Positions 1-9,722 of a stretch of 30,116 bases of DNA are shown piece after piece. This DNA comes from Promethearchaeota archaeon (GTDB lineage Archaea; Asgardarchaeota; Lokiarchaeia; Sigyniarchaeales; SOKP01): positions 1 through 30,116 of the forward strand of contig JBHLMP010000047.1 of NCBI GenBank assembly GCA_048938025.1, read 5' to 3'. The stretch's first letter is position 1, and the number at the start of each line of letters is the position of its first letter. Below the pieces are notes generated by a model. That model saw only the letters and a program-made list of their open reading frames with translations. It ran no database searches and was not told the DNA's origin. Position numbers and translations under genes: made by a program.

Positions 1-113
1 TATTTTTTTTCAAGTTTTCTTTTTTTCAATAAGAACCAAGAAGTAATATTCCCCACCCAATATTCAATAGATATTCTTGATTAATAGAAATAATAAAAAA
101 GAAAGGTACTAAC

Positions 114-692
114 TTGAAAAACGTAGTTCACCTTCAAAAAATAGGAGAAATAGATCCTGCTATTTTATTAAAATTAAAAAAAAATCTTCAATGGGCATTT
201 AAAGAATATTCCTTATCTATAAAGATAATCGAGGAAGAGATCCCATTAGAGGATTCGTCTTACAACAAAGTTAGGCATCAATATGATGCTTCATTGGTAT
301 TAAGAAAAATAAAATATTATATACAAGAAAAACAATACTTTCGTGTATTAGGAATAATGGATAAAGATATTTATTCAGGATTCTTAAATTTTGTATTTGG
401 AATTGCTTTAAAACCAATTAGAATTGATTTGAAAGTTTCTAGTATCGCAATAATTTCAATCACACGTCTCAGAGAAAGTTTTTATAGGAGATCTGATGAC
501 AACTCTTTATTCGAATTAAGAGTTTTAAAAGAAGCTATTCACGAACTAGGGCATACATTCGGCTTAGAACACTGTAATAATTTTTGTATAATGCAATTTT
601 CAAATTCTTTGGCAGATACAGATGAAAAACCCTCTCAATTTTGCGATATTTGCTCAAAAAGATTATTAAAATTTGTTAAAAAACTGAAATGA
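114..692 (+). CDS. amzA: Archaemetzincin (peptidase M54 family Zn metalloprotease)
   Basis: HELGHTFGLEHC zinc motif followed by CIMQFSNS and C-terminal FCxxC; RHQYDA and LNFVFG motifs; TTG start. Confidence 0.92.
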   Translation: MKNVVHLQKIGEIDPAILLKLKKNLQWAFKEYSLSIKIIEEEIPLEDSSYNKVRHQYDASLVLRKIKYYIQEKQYFRVLGIMDKDIYSGFLNFVFGIALKPIRIDLKVSSIAIISITRLRESFYRRSDDNSLFELRVLKEAIHELGHTFGLEHCNNFCIMQFSNSLADTDEKPSQFCDICSKRLLKFVKKLK

Positions 693-697
693 TTTAT

Positions 698-1699
698 TTA
701 ATACCTCTCTTTAAATATTTCAAATAATTTTTCACTAATTTTTAGAATTCTTTTGTAATTCTTTACCATTTTGATTAGCTCATCTGGAATATTTTTCATA
801 CCAAAATATACGCCAGCTAATCCTCCTCCAATTGCACCCACTGTATCACTATCCCCACCGGCTGTCGCAAGCTCAAAAATGCACTCTTTAAATGAATTTA
901 GATTTTTTAAGAAAAGAAAGATCGTACAAATAACGGTACTTATAGTATAAGGATGAACAAAAGCTTTCCCTAAGAATTGTTCAATAAAGTAGGGAGATTT
1001 AACTCCTGCTTGAGAAAACTTTATCAATCCCGCTTCAATTGGCATATCTAGGCTTGATTGTAATTTTACTAAAATTTCACAAAATTCTTCCCAAATCTCA
1101 TCTTGAGAGTTAGAAATAGAAGATGTAATCACATCAAAAAATTCATCTATTGAGAAACCGGATTCTGGTTCCATGTTAATTAAATATGCAATGGCGCTTG
1201 CTATTACAACCGCTCCAGCAGAAGCTGCTGGATGAGTATGAGTGATACTACTTGATTTTATTACTGCTGATTTTAAAGCTTTTATATCATTATTGTAAAA
1301 CAATCCAATCGGTGCAATTCTCATAGTAGTTCCATTTCCACCGGAATTAGACGCAGCGTCTTTCCATGGTATACCATACTTTAATTTTCTTGCAGCAGTA
1401 ATACATCCATAACCAGCTCCAATTGGAGGATCATCAAGCCATTTAATATATTCCTCTACAAAATTGTTGAGATTAAATCCTCTCCCTTGAATCAAAGCTT
1501 GTGCTGTATGTAGCGTTAATTGCGAATCATCAGTATATGTATTAAATAATCTCTTATTATCGTATATAAAATCTTCAAAATTAGTAAAATTAGATCTTAT
1601 AGCATCTCTCAACATTCCTTCAAAAGGATGTCCGAGAGTATCTCCTATAGCAACTCCAATTAGAGATCCTTTAAATTTGTCTAGATAATCTATAGGCAT
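698..1699 (-). CDS. ADP-ribosylglycohydrolase (DraG/ARH family)
   Basis: AIGDTLG, YTDDSQLT, GNGTTMRIAP, ITH and GGDSDTVGAI metal-binding motifs. Confidence 0.92.
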   Translation of the reverse strand: MPIDYLDKFKGSLIGVAIGDTLGHPFEGMLRDAIRSNFTNFEDFIYDNKRLFNTYTDDSQLTLHTAQALIQGRGFNLNNFVEEYIKWLDDPPIGAGYGCITAARKLKYGIPWKDAASNSGGNGTTMRIAPIGLFYNNDIKALKSAVIKSSSITHTHPAASAGAVVIASAIAYLINMEPESGFSIDEFFDVITSSISNSQDEIWEEFCEILVKLQSSLDMPIEAGLIKFSQAGVKSPYFIEQFLGKAFVHPYTISTVICTIFLFLKNLNSFKECIFELATAGGDSDTVGAIGGGLAGVYFGMKNIPDELIKMVKNYKRILKISEKLFEIFKERY

Positions 1700-1740
1700 T
1701 ACATTTTAAAAGGATTCAATAATTCTTAATCTTTATAACT

Positions 1741-2109
1741 TTATTCCAAATTTATTGAAATCTTCTTAATTATATCTATCAAATCTGTAATACTAAAAGG
1801 TTTGTCTAAAAAACTTTTTGCACCAATTGATAGTGCTTCTTGTTTGATGCTATTATCAGCACTCGTAAAAATAATTTTTGATTTTTTATTAATATTTAAG
1901 ATTTGTTTTGTAGCTTCAATTCCATTCTTTATCGGCATTCTATGGTCCATCAAAATAATATCTGGCTTTTGTGGAAATGAACTATACAAAGAAACAGCTT
2001 CTTCTCCATTCTTTGCTTCCCCTATCACATCAAATCCTGACATCCCCAAAACTTTTCTAAATAGCAATCTAAGTGATTGATCATCCTCAACAATGAAAAC
2101 CGAAGCTAT
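1741..2109 (-). CDS. Single-domain CheY-like response regulator (receiver), probable ATA start
   Basis: PDIILMDHRMP phosphoacceptor, FTSA and KPF motifs. The frame extends 14 codons upstream of the track start (IASVFIVEDDQSLR), restoring beta1 and the acidic pocket. GGAGGTG lies 8 nt upstream. Confidence 0.88.
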   Translation of the reverse strand: MASVFIVEDDQSLRLLFRKVLGMSGFDVIGEAKNGEEAVSLYSSFPQKPDIILMDHRMPIKNGIEATKQILNINKKSKIIFTSADNSIKQEALSIGAKSFLDKPFSITDLIDIIKKISINLE

Positions 2110-3665
2110 TTTACTTCCACCTCCGGAATTAATACTATGAAGATACTTCCTTTTGAATAATCTCCCTGAACTTTATCCTCAACCCAAATTTGACCATTAT
2201 AAAGATCTATTATCTTTTTGACAAGTGATAGTCCAATACCCATTCCCCTGACGCTCTTATCCGTGTTGTATACTCTCTGAAAAATTATCTCTTTATCGAC
2301 ATCAGGAATTCCAACTCCATTATCTTCGAATTCGAATTTAATAAAGTTTGCGCCCTCTTTTTGAGTTTTTGAAATCTTAATCTTTATATCGATAGATGGA
2401 TTCTGATTATGCTTTACAGCATTACCTAAAATATTTTCAAAAATATCGGTTAGAAGTTCATTTCCTTGAACTGTTATTACTTTATAAGGATTATTAATCT
2501 CAATTTTAATTTTTTGTTTTTGGAAGCTTCTCAAAATGAATTTAATAGATTTATTTAATACTTCAATTGCTTCTATGGATCGAGTAATACTTTCTGTCTC
2601 TTCCAATTCTGACAACTTTCGGACGTTTGAGATAATATTTGCTCCCCTATTAACTTGTTCTTTAGATATCTCCAACATTCGTTTTAAATCTTCGAAATTT
2701 TTAGCGTTGTCTAAATATAGGAAACTCAACTCGACAGAAGATAATATATTTTGAAGAATGTTATTTATATCATGAGCAATCAAGTCTTTATAAAAGTTAG
2801 ATCGATTAAAAGCTTCCTGATATTCTTTTTCTGATGCTTTTAATTTTTCTTCAGCTATCTTTTTTTCTGTGATATCAATAAGAGTGATAAAATCTGCAGG
2901 TTTTCTTTCATAATTAATAGTTTTTGAGAAAACTTCTAACCAAATTGCATTTCCATTCTTTTTAATCCCTCTGAACTGGTACTGGTCTACTACATTTGGT
3001 TCGCCTATTTGCTTTTTTCTAACTTGTTCAGTAACAAAAATTCTATCTTCAGGGTGGATAGTCTTTAGAAATTCTCCAGGTTGCCACTTCATAATCTCCT
3101 CTAATGAATATCCAAATGTTTCCGTAAGTCCCTTATTTACATATTTAACTAAATTATCCTGGATAATAGCAATACCAAGAAAAGATTGTTCTGCTAAAGT
3201 TCTAAATTTTTCTTCTAATTCTTTTAATTCTTTTGTCCGTTTATCTACTAATCTTTCTAATTCTTCCTTAAATTTATCTTCTTTTTCCTTCCTTGTAGTG
3301 ATATCGCGAAATAGACCATAAAATCCAATTTTATTCCCTTTTGAGTCATATTTTAAATATACTGAAGTCTCCCCTATAATGATTCTCCCATGTTTATCTT
3401 TAAATTGGTATTGAAAATCTGTTAATGGTTTACCTGTTTTATAGACCGTATTGAAACCATCAAATATCTTTTTTCTATTTTCCTCATCAGTTAGATATTT
3501 ATAGTTTAAACCTAATAACTTATCTTTTGAGAATCCTGTAAGATTACATAGAGTATCATTAAAATATGATAAATTACCTTTAAGGTCTACTTCAAAGTAC
3601 CCCTCCTTAATATTATTAAGTATAGCTTTAAATGTTTCTTCGGGAGGTTTTATCTCTTCATTCAA
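2106..3665 (-). CDS. Cytoplasmic PAS-domain sensor histidine kinase (2 PAS + HisKA + HATPase)
   Basis: PAS/PAC motifs (RDITTRK, IHPEDR, IDITEKK), H-box AHDINNILQ, N-box NILGNAVKH, DNGVGI, GMGIGL. Confidence 0.92.
   Translation of the reverse strand: MNEEIKPPEETFKAILNNIKEGYFEVDLKGNLSYFNDTLCNLTGFSKDKLLGLNYKYLTDEENRKKIFDGFNTVYKTGKPLTDFQYQFKDKHGRIIIGETSVYLKYDSKGNKIGFYGLFRDITTRKEKEDKFKEELERLVDKRTKELKELEEKFRTLAEQSFLGIAIIQDNLVKYVNKGLTETFGYSLEEIMKWQPGEFLKTIHPEDRIFVTEQVRKKQIGEPNVVDQYQFRGIKKNGNAIWLEVFSKTINYERKPADFITLIDITEKKIAEEKLKASEKEYQEAFNRSNFYKDLIAHDINNILQNILSSVELSFLYLDNAKNFEDLKRMLEISKEQVNRGANIISNVRKLSELEETESITRSIEAIEVLNKSIKFILRSFQKQKIKIEINNPYKVITVQGNELLTDIFENILGNAVKHNQNPSIDIKIKISKTQKEGANFIKFEFEDNGVGIPDVDKEIIFQRVYNTDKSVRGMGIGLSLVKKIIDLYNGQIWVEDKVQGDYSKGSIFIVLIPEVEVK
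2118..2124 (-). promoter_or_regulatory. Shine-Dalgarno GGAGGTG for the receiver gene, embedded in the kinase 3' end
   Basis: cacctcc on the + strand, 8 nt from the ATA at 2109. Confidence 0.6.
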
Positions 3666-3772
3666 AATATATCAAAAGAAACTTTTTATTTAGAAAAATC
3701 TACCTTCAAATCTTTTGAAAATTTTATAGTAGAAATATTATTTAATCTTTTTTATAAACAAAAAAAAGAAAA

Positions 3773-3856
3773 GTATTTTCAATACCATTTATAAGGTTAT
3801 CGGTAAGATCTATGAAGTTATCTTAAAAATTGATTAATAATAAAAAATGAAGCTAT
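3773..3856 (-). pseudogene. Decayed remnant of a duplicate receiver gene
   Basis: Minus strand reads ATA GCT TCA TTT TTT ATT ATT AAT CAA TTT TTA AGA TAA then cataga..ccgata..aatggtattgaa, matching the start (ATA GCT TCG GTT TTC ATT) and HRMPIKNGIE segment of 1741-2109. It sits in the same position after a kinase. Confidence 0.5.
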
Positions 3857-3861
3857 ATTGT

Positions 3862-6123
3862 TTAAACTTCTGGAATTAATACAATAAACTTGCTTCCTTT
3901 TGAATATTCTCCCTTAACTCTATCTTCTACCCATATTTGGCCATTATAAGTTTCTATTATCTTTTTCACAAGCGATAAACCAATCCCCATTCCACTTACA
4001 GTCTTATTTGTATTAAATGCTCTCTGAAAAATCACCTCTTTATTGATGTCAGGTATTCCAATTCCGTAGTCTACAAATTCAAATTTAACAAATTTTAAGT
4101 TACCTTTTCGAAGTTTTGAAACTTTAATCTTAATTTCAACAGGAAAATTTTGAGTATATTTTACTGCATTGAATAAAATATTTTCAAAAACATCTATTAA
4201 AAGCTCATTTCCTTGGACTTTAATCTCTTTATAAGGATTTTCAATGCTAAAATTAATTCTATTATCTTGATGACTTTTTAACAAATATTCTATTGCTTGA
4301 TTCAATACTTCAATAGCTCCCATGGACTGGGTGGAAATCCTTATATCTTCTAATCTTGACAATTTTCGGGCATTTAAGATTAAATTTGCTCCCCTATTAA
4401 CTTGTCGTTTAGAAATTTTCAACATTCGTTTTAATTCATTTAAATCTTTCTCTTCTTCTAAATAAAGGGAACATAATTCAACGGAAGATAAGATATTTTG
4501 AAGAATATTGTTTATATCATGAGCTATTAAATCCTTATAAAAGTTAGAACGATTAAAAGCTTCTCGATATTTTTTTTCCGAATTTTTTAATTGCTTTTCA
4601 GCATTCATTTGTTCTGTGATGTCCATTGAAATTATGAAATCGGCTGGTCTTCCCCTATAATTAATTGTTTTAGAAAAATTTTCAAGCCATCTAATTTCTC
4701 CATCTTTCCTTATCATACGATACTTATATTGTTCAATTACACTTTTTTTTCCACTCTCTTTCTTTTTTGCCTGGTCCATGACAAAATCTCTATCATCAGG
4801 ATGTATGAGCTTAGCAAATTCATATGGTTTCCAATTTTTTATTTCTTCGGGTGAATATCCATTAACTTTTGGTAATCTTTCATTAAAATATTGAAAAATG
4901 CCATCTTGTATAATAATAATGCTCATAAATGATTGTTCAGTAATAGTTCTGAACTTCTGTTCAGATTCTTTTAATGCCTCTTCTGCCTTCTTGCGTTCAG
5001 TTATATCAGTAAAAGTCACAGCAAAATAACCCTTCTTAGGAGAATATCCTGAAACTTTATACCAACGATCAAATGCTTCTGAATAATCCTCAACTGTTAT
5101 TGGAATTCCTGTTAATCCAACATTTCCAAATTTGCCAATCCAATCCGCAGGATCATTCTCTGTTCCTGGAATTGCTTCAATTACAGTTCTTCCAATTAGA
5201 TCTTCTTTTTTCATACCTGTAAGCCTTTCAAAAGCAGGATTCACTTCAATATATCTATAATCAACTGGTTTATTGTTATCATCAACGATTACCTCATGAA
5301 GAGCAAATCCTGCGTTCATATTCTCAAACAAAGAACGGTATTTTTCTTCAGATCTTTTTAATTTTTTCTCAGCAATTTTCCTTTTCGTAATATCCCGAAC
5401 AAGACCATAAAATCCGACCTTATTTCCTTTAGAATCGTATAATAAATCAACTGATCCTTCAAAATAGATTAGTTTCTTCTTACTTGTTGTTACTTTAGCT
5501 ACTCCTGATGGAGGACGAGGAATCCCTGTTTTATAAACTTGGTTGAACATATTGAATAAAACTTCGGATGACTTTGCATCATATAGTAAGCGAAAATTCT
5601 TTCCTATTACTTCTTCCTTTGAATATCCCATTATTTTGCAATACTCAAGATTGACATAGATAAAATTTCCCATAAGATCAGTTTCATAATATCCTTCCAT
5701 CATATTTTCGAGAATATTTCGATATTTCTCTTCAGATTCTTTTAACAATTGCTCTGCAGCTTTTCTTTCAGTTATTTCTCGAGTAATTTCAACCGCGCCT
5801 ATAATTTTATCATTTTTATCATAAACAGGATATCCTTTAACAAGCCAGACTCTTCCATCGGGAGTGGTCATTTCTACTGAATTAGATTTGCCTTTGTTAA
5901 GAGCATCTATTACTGGACAATTTTCACAAGGGCTAGTTCTATTTTGCCAAATCATGTAACATTTTTTCCTGATTAATTCTAATGGGCTTAAATTTATAGA
6001 ATCTGCAGCGGCTTTATTTGCCCATTTAATCTCAAAATCCTTATTATAATAAATAACATGCTCAGAAATAGTCTCTAAGACCCTACTTTCAAATGCTTCT
6101 GATAAAAGATTTTTTTTATTCAA
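3862..6123 (-). CDS. Cytoplasmic multi-PAS sensor histidine kinase (4 PAS + HisKA + HATPase)
   Basis: Four PAC ends (EITERK, DITKRK, DITERK, DITEQ), Cys-containing first PAS (CY..PCENCP), AHDINNILQ H-box, NAVKY, DYGIGI, GMGIGL. Confidence 0.92.
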   Translation of the reverse strand: MNKKNLLSEAFESRVLETISEHVIYYNKDFEIKWANKAAADSINLSPLELIRKKCYMIWQNRTSPCENCPVIDALNKGKSNSVEMTTPDGRVWLVKGYPVYDKNDKIIGAVEITREITERKAAEQLLKESEEKYRNILENMMEGYYETDLMGNFIYVNLEYCKIMGYSKEEVIGKNFRLLYDAKSSEVLFNMFNQVYKTGIPRPPSGVAKVTTSKKKLIYFEGSVDLLYDSKGNKVGFYGLVRDITKRKIAEKKLKRSEEKYRSLFENMNAGFALHEVIVDDNNKPVDYRYIEVNPAFERLTGMKKEDLIGRTVIEAIPGTENDPADWIGKFGNVGLTGIPITVEDYSEAFDRWYKVSGYSPKKGYFAVTFTDITERKKAEEALKESEQKFRTITEQSFMSIIIIQDGIFQYFNERLPKVNGYSPEEIKNWKPYEFAKLIHPDDRDFVMDQAKKKESGKKSVIEQYKYRMIRKDGEIRWLENFSKTINYRGRPADFIISMDITEQMNAEKQLKNSEKKYREAFNRSNFYKDLIAHDINNILQNILSSVELCSLYLEEEKDLNELKRMLKISKRQVNRGANLILNARKLSRLEDIRISTQSMGAIEVLNQAIEYLLKSHQDNRINFSIENPYKEIKVQGNELLIDVFENILFNAVKYTQNFPVEIKIKVSKLRKGNLKFVKFEFVDYGIGIPDINKEVIFQRAFNTNKTVSGMGIGLSLVKKIIETYNGQIWVEDRVKGEYSKGSKFIVLIPEV

Positions 6124-6341
6124 TAGTATTTTTCTTTAAGATTTAATTATAATTTAAGGATAAATACATCATAATTCAAATAATAGAATTTGTATTTAAT
6201 TTTTGTTTATAAATCAAATAGTTATAGATTGTTCTTTTTAAAATGTGCATTTTTTAAATTAATTTATTTAAAAAAAATAATTATAGAAGTTTGCATAATT
6301 TATTATTCAAAAATTAAACCTATTTAAATGGAAAAATATAT

Positions 6342-7241
6342 ATGTCTAATTTGAAAAAATTAAGTGGTGTTATTACAGCATTAATTACTCCATTCAAAGA
6401 GGATTTTACAATAGATGAAAAAAAGTATAGAGAATTTATTAGGTTTCAAATTGAAAATAGTTGTCAAATCTTGACAATGGGAACAACTGGAGAAAGTGCA
6501 ACTTTATCGCATGAAGAACATCGTCAGGCTATTAATATTGCTATTGATGAAGCAAAAAAGTGTGATAAAAATACATTTGTATTAGCTGGAACAGGGAGTA
6601 ATTCTACTAAAGAAGCCATCTCTTTATCACAATATGCTGAGAAAGTAGAAGCAGATGGATTATTATTAGTTGTACCCTATTATAATAAGCCTGTTCAACA
6701 TTCTTTAATTGATCATTTTTCTACTATTGCTGATTCTGTTTCTTTACCTATTGTTTTATACAATGTTCCCAGTCGGACTGGTAGAAATCTGGAACCTGAA
6801 ACAGTTTCTAAAATTGCTTATTCGAAAGATAATATAGTAGGGATAAAATGTGCCAGTGGAAATATAGACCAAATAACCAAAATAATTAAAACCACTCCTG
6901 ATGATTTTATTGTTCTAAGCGGAGATGATAGTCTAACTTACCACATTATGGCATTAGGTGGAAAAGGGGTTATTAGCGTGGCTTCAAATATAATACCTGC
7001 TAAGATAGTAGAATTTACTCAATCTATGAATAGTGACAATTGGGAAAGTGCTAGAAAAATGCAATTAGTATTATTCGATCTTTTTAAAGTATTATTCATA
7101 GAAACTAATCCTGGTCCCGTTAAATATGCTGCTGAATTAATGGGAATTATGAACAAGCGGATGAGATTACCATTAACACCCCCATTAGTAGAAAATCAAG
7201 AGAAAATTAAAATGGTTTTAAAAAGTCTTAACTTAATCTAA
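6342..7241 (+). CDS. dapA: 4-hydroxy-tetrahydrodipicolinate synthase
   Basis: ALITPF, GTTGESATLS, PYYNKP, YNVPSRTG, Schiff-base Lys in GIKCASG, SGDD, ETNPGPVK; adjacent to dapB. Confidence 0.95.
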   Translation: MSNLKKLSGVITALITPFKEDFTIDEKKYREFIRFQIENSCQILTMGTTGESATLSHEEHRQAINIAIDEAKKCDKNTFVLAGTGSNSTKEAISLSQYAEKVEADGLLLVVPYYNKPVQHSLIDHFSTIADSVSLPIVLYNVPSRTGRNLEPETVSKIAYSKDNIVGIKCASGNIDQITKIIKTTPDDFIVLSGDDSLTYHIMALGGKGVISVASNIIPAKIVEFTQSMNSDNWESARKMQLVLFDLFKVLFIETNPGPVKYAAELMGIMNKRMRLPLTPPLVENQEKIKMVLKSLNLI

Positions 7242-7258
7242 CAAAGTGATAAAAGAGA

Positions 7259-8089
7259 TTGATTTTTTTGGTTAAATTATTAATTTTAGGGCCAACAGGG
7301 GCAATGGGTAAAATTATAAGTGAATTAGCCTTAAATGATGATGATATTGAAGTAGTGGCTGCTTGCGATGTGAATAATATTGGAGAAGAGCTCGGAGCTT
7401 TTGTGGCCATAAAAGATCCAAATAAAGTAAAAATTAGTGATGTAAATAACCTTCAAAATATTATAGAAAAAACGAATCCTAATGTAGCGGTTGATTTTAC
7501 AGTAGCAAAAGCAACAGAAAAGAATTGTAAAATTTGTGTGAAGAATAGGATTCGATGCGTTATTGGGACAACAGCATTATCGCAAGATTTTCTTAATAAA
7601 TTCGAAAATTTAGTTAAAGAATATAATACCGCTGCTGTAATTTCACCAAATATGGCAACTGGTGTGAACATTTTCTTTAAAATGGCTTCAATTTTAACCA
7701 AATATCTATCAGAATGGGATATTGAAGTAATTGAAGCACACCATCATAGAAAAGTTGATGCCCCTAGTGGAACTGCTCTGAAAATTGGACAAATTATTAG
7801 TGATACTTTAGGTTCTGATTTTTCAGAAATAGCTAAATATGGACGTAATAAAGGACCAAGTAAACGTTTAATAGGAGCAAAAAATGAGATTGGAATTCAT
7901 TCAATTAGGGCAGGTGATATTGTTGGTGATCATATTGTACTATTTGGAGGATCTGGAGAGAGAATTGAATTAAAACATCAAGCTCATAGTAGATTATGTT
8001 TTGCTACCGGTGCAATTAAAGCAATAAAATTTATTGCTAAAGCAAAAGAAAATAAAATTTATAGCACAGCTGAAGTTTTGGGTTTATGA
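7259..8089 (+). CDS. dapB: 4-hydroxy-tetrahydrodipicolinate reductase
   Basis: GPTGAMG, DFT, VIGTT, EAHHHRKVDAPSGTAL, RAGDIVGDH; the start may be the TTG at 7268. Confidence 0.95.
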   Translation: MIFLVKLLILGPTGAMGKIISELALNDDDIEVVAACDVNNIGEELGAFVAIKDPNKVKISDVNNLQNIIEKTNPNVAVDFTVAKATEKNCKICVKNRIRCVIGTTALSQDFLNKFENLVKEYNTAAVISPNMATGVNIFFKMASILTKYLSEWDIEVIEAHHHRKVDAPSGTALKIGQIISDTLGSDFSEIAKYGRNKGPSKRLIGAKNEIGIHSIRAGDIVGDHIVLFGGSGERIELKHQAHSRLCFATGAIKAIKFIAKAKENKIYSTAEVLGL

Positions 8090-8272
8090 TTCTAAGGTAT
8101 TTTCACACAGTGAAGTTTATCTTAGAAAATGAGATAAAATTATAAAAATATATCAGAGCAGATCAGTAATATCATTAACCCGATAATTTAGATTTCATTA
8201 TGCCAACTCTTCATTAAGAATAAATAAGGGGTATCCAAGCCCTAAATATTCTCATTTTTATAATCTTATCTC
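8090..8272. other. Structured intergenic element (hairpin plus 19-bp inverted repeat enclosing further stems); candidate ncRNA, MITE or terminator
   Basis: Hairpin ttctaaggta/tatcttagaa at 8090-8127; inverted repeat gagataaaattataaaaat (8131-8149) / atttttataatcttatctc (8254-8272) with 1 mismatch; inner hairpin gaata..aggg/ccct..tattc. Confidence 0.4.
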
Positions 8273-8333
8273 GTAATAATAAAAATCAGCAATATTTTTA
8301 ATTTTTTTTATCAGAATAATATAAATAAATATT

Positions 8334-9647
8334 TTACTTAAGATGATCCGGAATTATTTGATGTTTTAACAAATCATCATAAGATTCTGCTTCTCGAATT
8401 TTGAATGATCGTCCATTTTTAATTAAAATTTCAGCAGGTTTGGGTCTTGAATTATATGAACTACTCATAGTAAAACCATAAGCTCCTGCATCTAGTATCG
8501 CAAGAAAATCTTTTTCCTTTAACTCTTGTAATTCTCTTTCTTTTCCTAAGATATCTCCCGATTCACATATAGGTCCTGCAATATCATACTTCACTTTTTT
8601 TGCTTTTTCTTTTTTATTGCAAACGATTATATGGTGATAGGAACCATACATCGTAGGTCTTATCAAAGTATTAAAACCTGCATCTATCCCTGCAAATAAT
8701 TTATATCCATTATCTTTTATTGTGTTTATTTGAGTTAAAATAATGCTTGATTCAGCAGATAAATATCGTCCAGGTTCAATTTTAAATATTGGCTCTCCTA
8801 TATCTTCAGTGTTAACTAATTCTTTAAATGGTTTAATTACTATTTCTTTGTAAATATTTAAATCAAAAGGGTCTTCTTTTGGACGGTAAGGAATTCCCAA
8901 ACCTCCTCCAAAATCTAAAAATTTAAACTTAATATTAAGTGAGTCAATAATTTTTTTAGTAATTACTAAAAATTTCTTAGTAGCTCTTTCAAAATCATAA
9001 GGATTGTTTATCCCAGATCCAATATGTTGATGAACACCAAAATTCGTAAAGCCCATATCCCTCGCCTTCTTATACGCTTCAATAACCTGATCTTCTAAGA
9101 TTCCAAACTTAATATCTTTTCCAGCAGTAATATCATGACTATGATGCCCAGCTCCAAATTCAGGATTTATTCTAAAAGATAATGTTTTTTTATCTTTTTT
9201 TAATTTATTGTATGCTCTTTCTAATCTTTCTAATTGACTAAGACTATCTAAATTAACAATAACATCATTATTAATAGCAAATTCGAAGTCTTCATTAGTA
9301 AACATGTTTCCTGTATAAATGATTTTCTCTGGTGAAATCCCTGTTTTAAGACACGTGTAGACTTCTCCTTGTGATGTACAATCGAAATGTGATCCCTCAG
9401 AATTAAGTATTTTTAAAATCGAAATATTTGAATTTGCTTTAACAGCAAAGTGTATGTCATTTTTTTTATATTCGGAATCGATAATGCTCTTTAATTCATT
9501 ATATCTTTTTCGAATTATATTTTCATTAATTATATAACAAGGAGTTCCATATTTTTTAGCTAAATCTAACGTATTTACATTCTCAAGATATAATATTCCA
9601 TCTCGATATTCTAAATCCTTGTATTTTAACCATTCTGTATACTCCAT
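8334..9647 (-). CDS. lysA: Diaminopimelate decarboxylase
   Basis: YGTP, FAVKANSN PLP lysine, KFGI, HIGS, DFGGGLG, EPGRY, GPICESGD, AGAYGFTMSSSYNSRP. Confidence 0.96.
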   Translation of the reverse strand: MEYTEWLKYKDLEYRDGILYLENVNTLDLAKKYGTPCYIINENIIRKRYNELKSIIDSEYKKNDIHFAVKANSNISILKILNSEGSHFDCTSQGEVYTCLKTGISPEKIIYTGNMFTNEDFEFAINNDVIVNLDSLSQLERLERAYNKLKKDKKTLSFRINPEFGAGHHSHDITAGKDIKFGILEDQVIEAYKKARDMGFTNFGVHQHIGSGINNPYDFERATKKFLVITKKIIDSLNIKFKFLDFGGGLGIPYRPKEDPFDLNIYKEIVIKPFKELVNTEDIGEPIFKIEPGRYLSAESSIILTQINTIKDNGYKLFAGIDAGFNTLIRPTMYGSYHHIIVCNKKEKAKKVKYDIAGPICESGDILGKERELQELKEKDFLAILDAGAYGFTMSSSYNSRPKPAEILIKNGRSFKIREAESYDDLLKHQIIPDHLK

Positions 9648-9722
9648 TTTTTAAAACCTCGGAAGTATAATAATATACCTTAAAATATCATAAATAACAA
9701 TCTTGCAAGTGTTAAATTATGC

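Noticed and set aside
1-80. Possible start of a minus-strand gene leaving the window
   Set aside because: Too short and low-complexity to support
8090-8333. Lysine riboswitch or SECIS between dapB and lysA
   Set aside because: It lies at the 3' ends of both genes, the L-box consensus is not recognisable, and neither gene has an internal UGA
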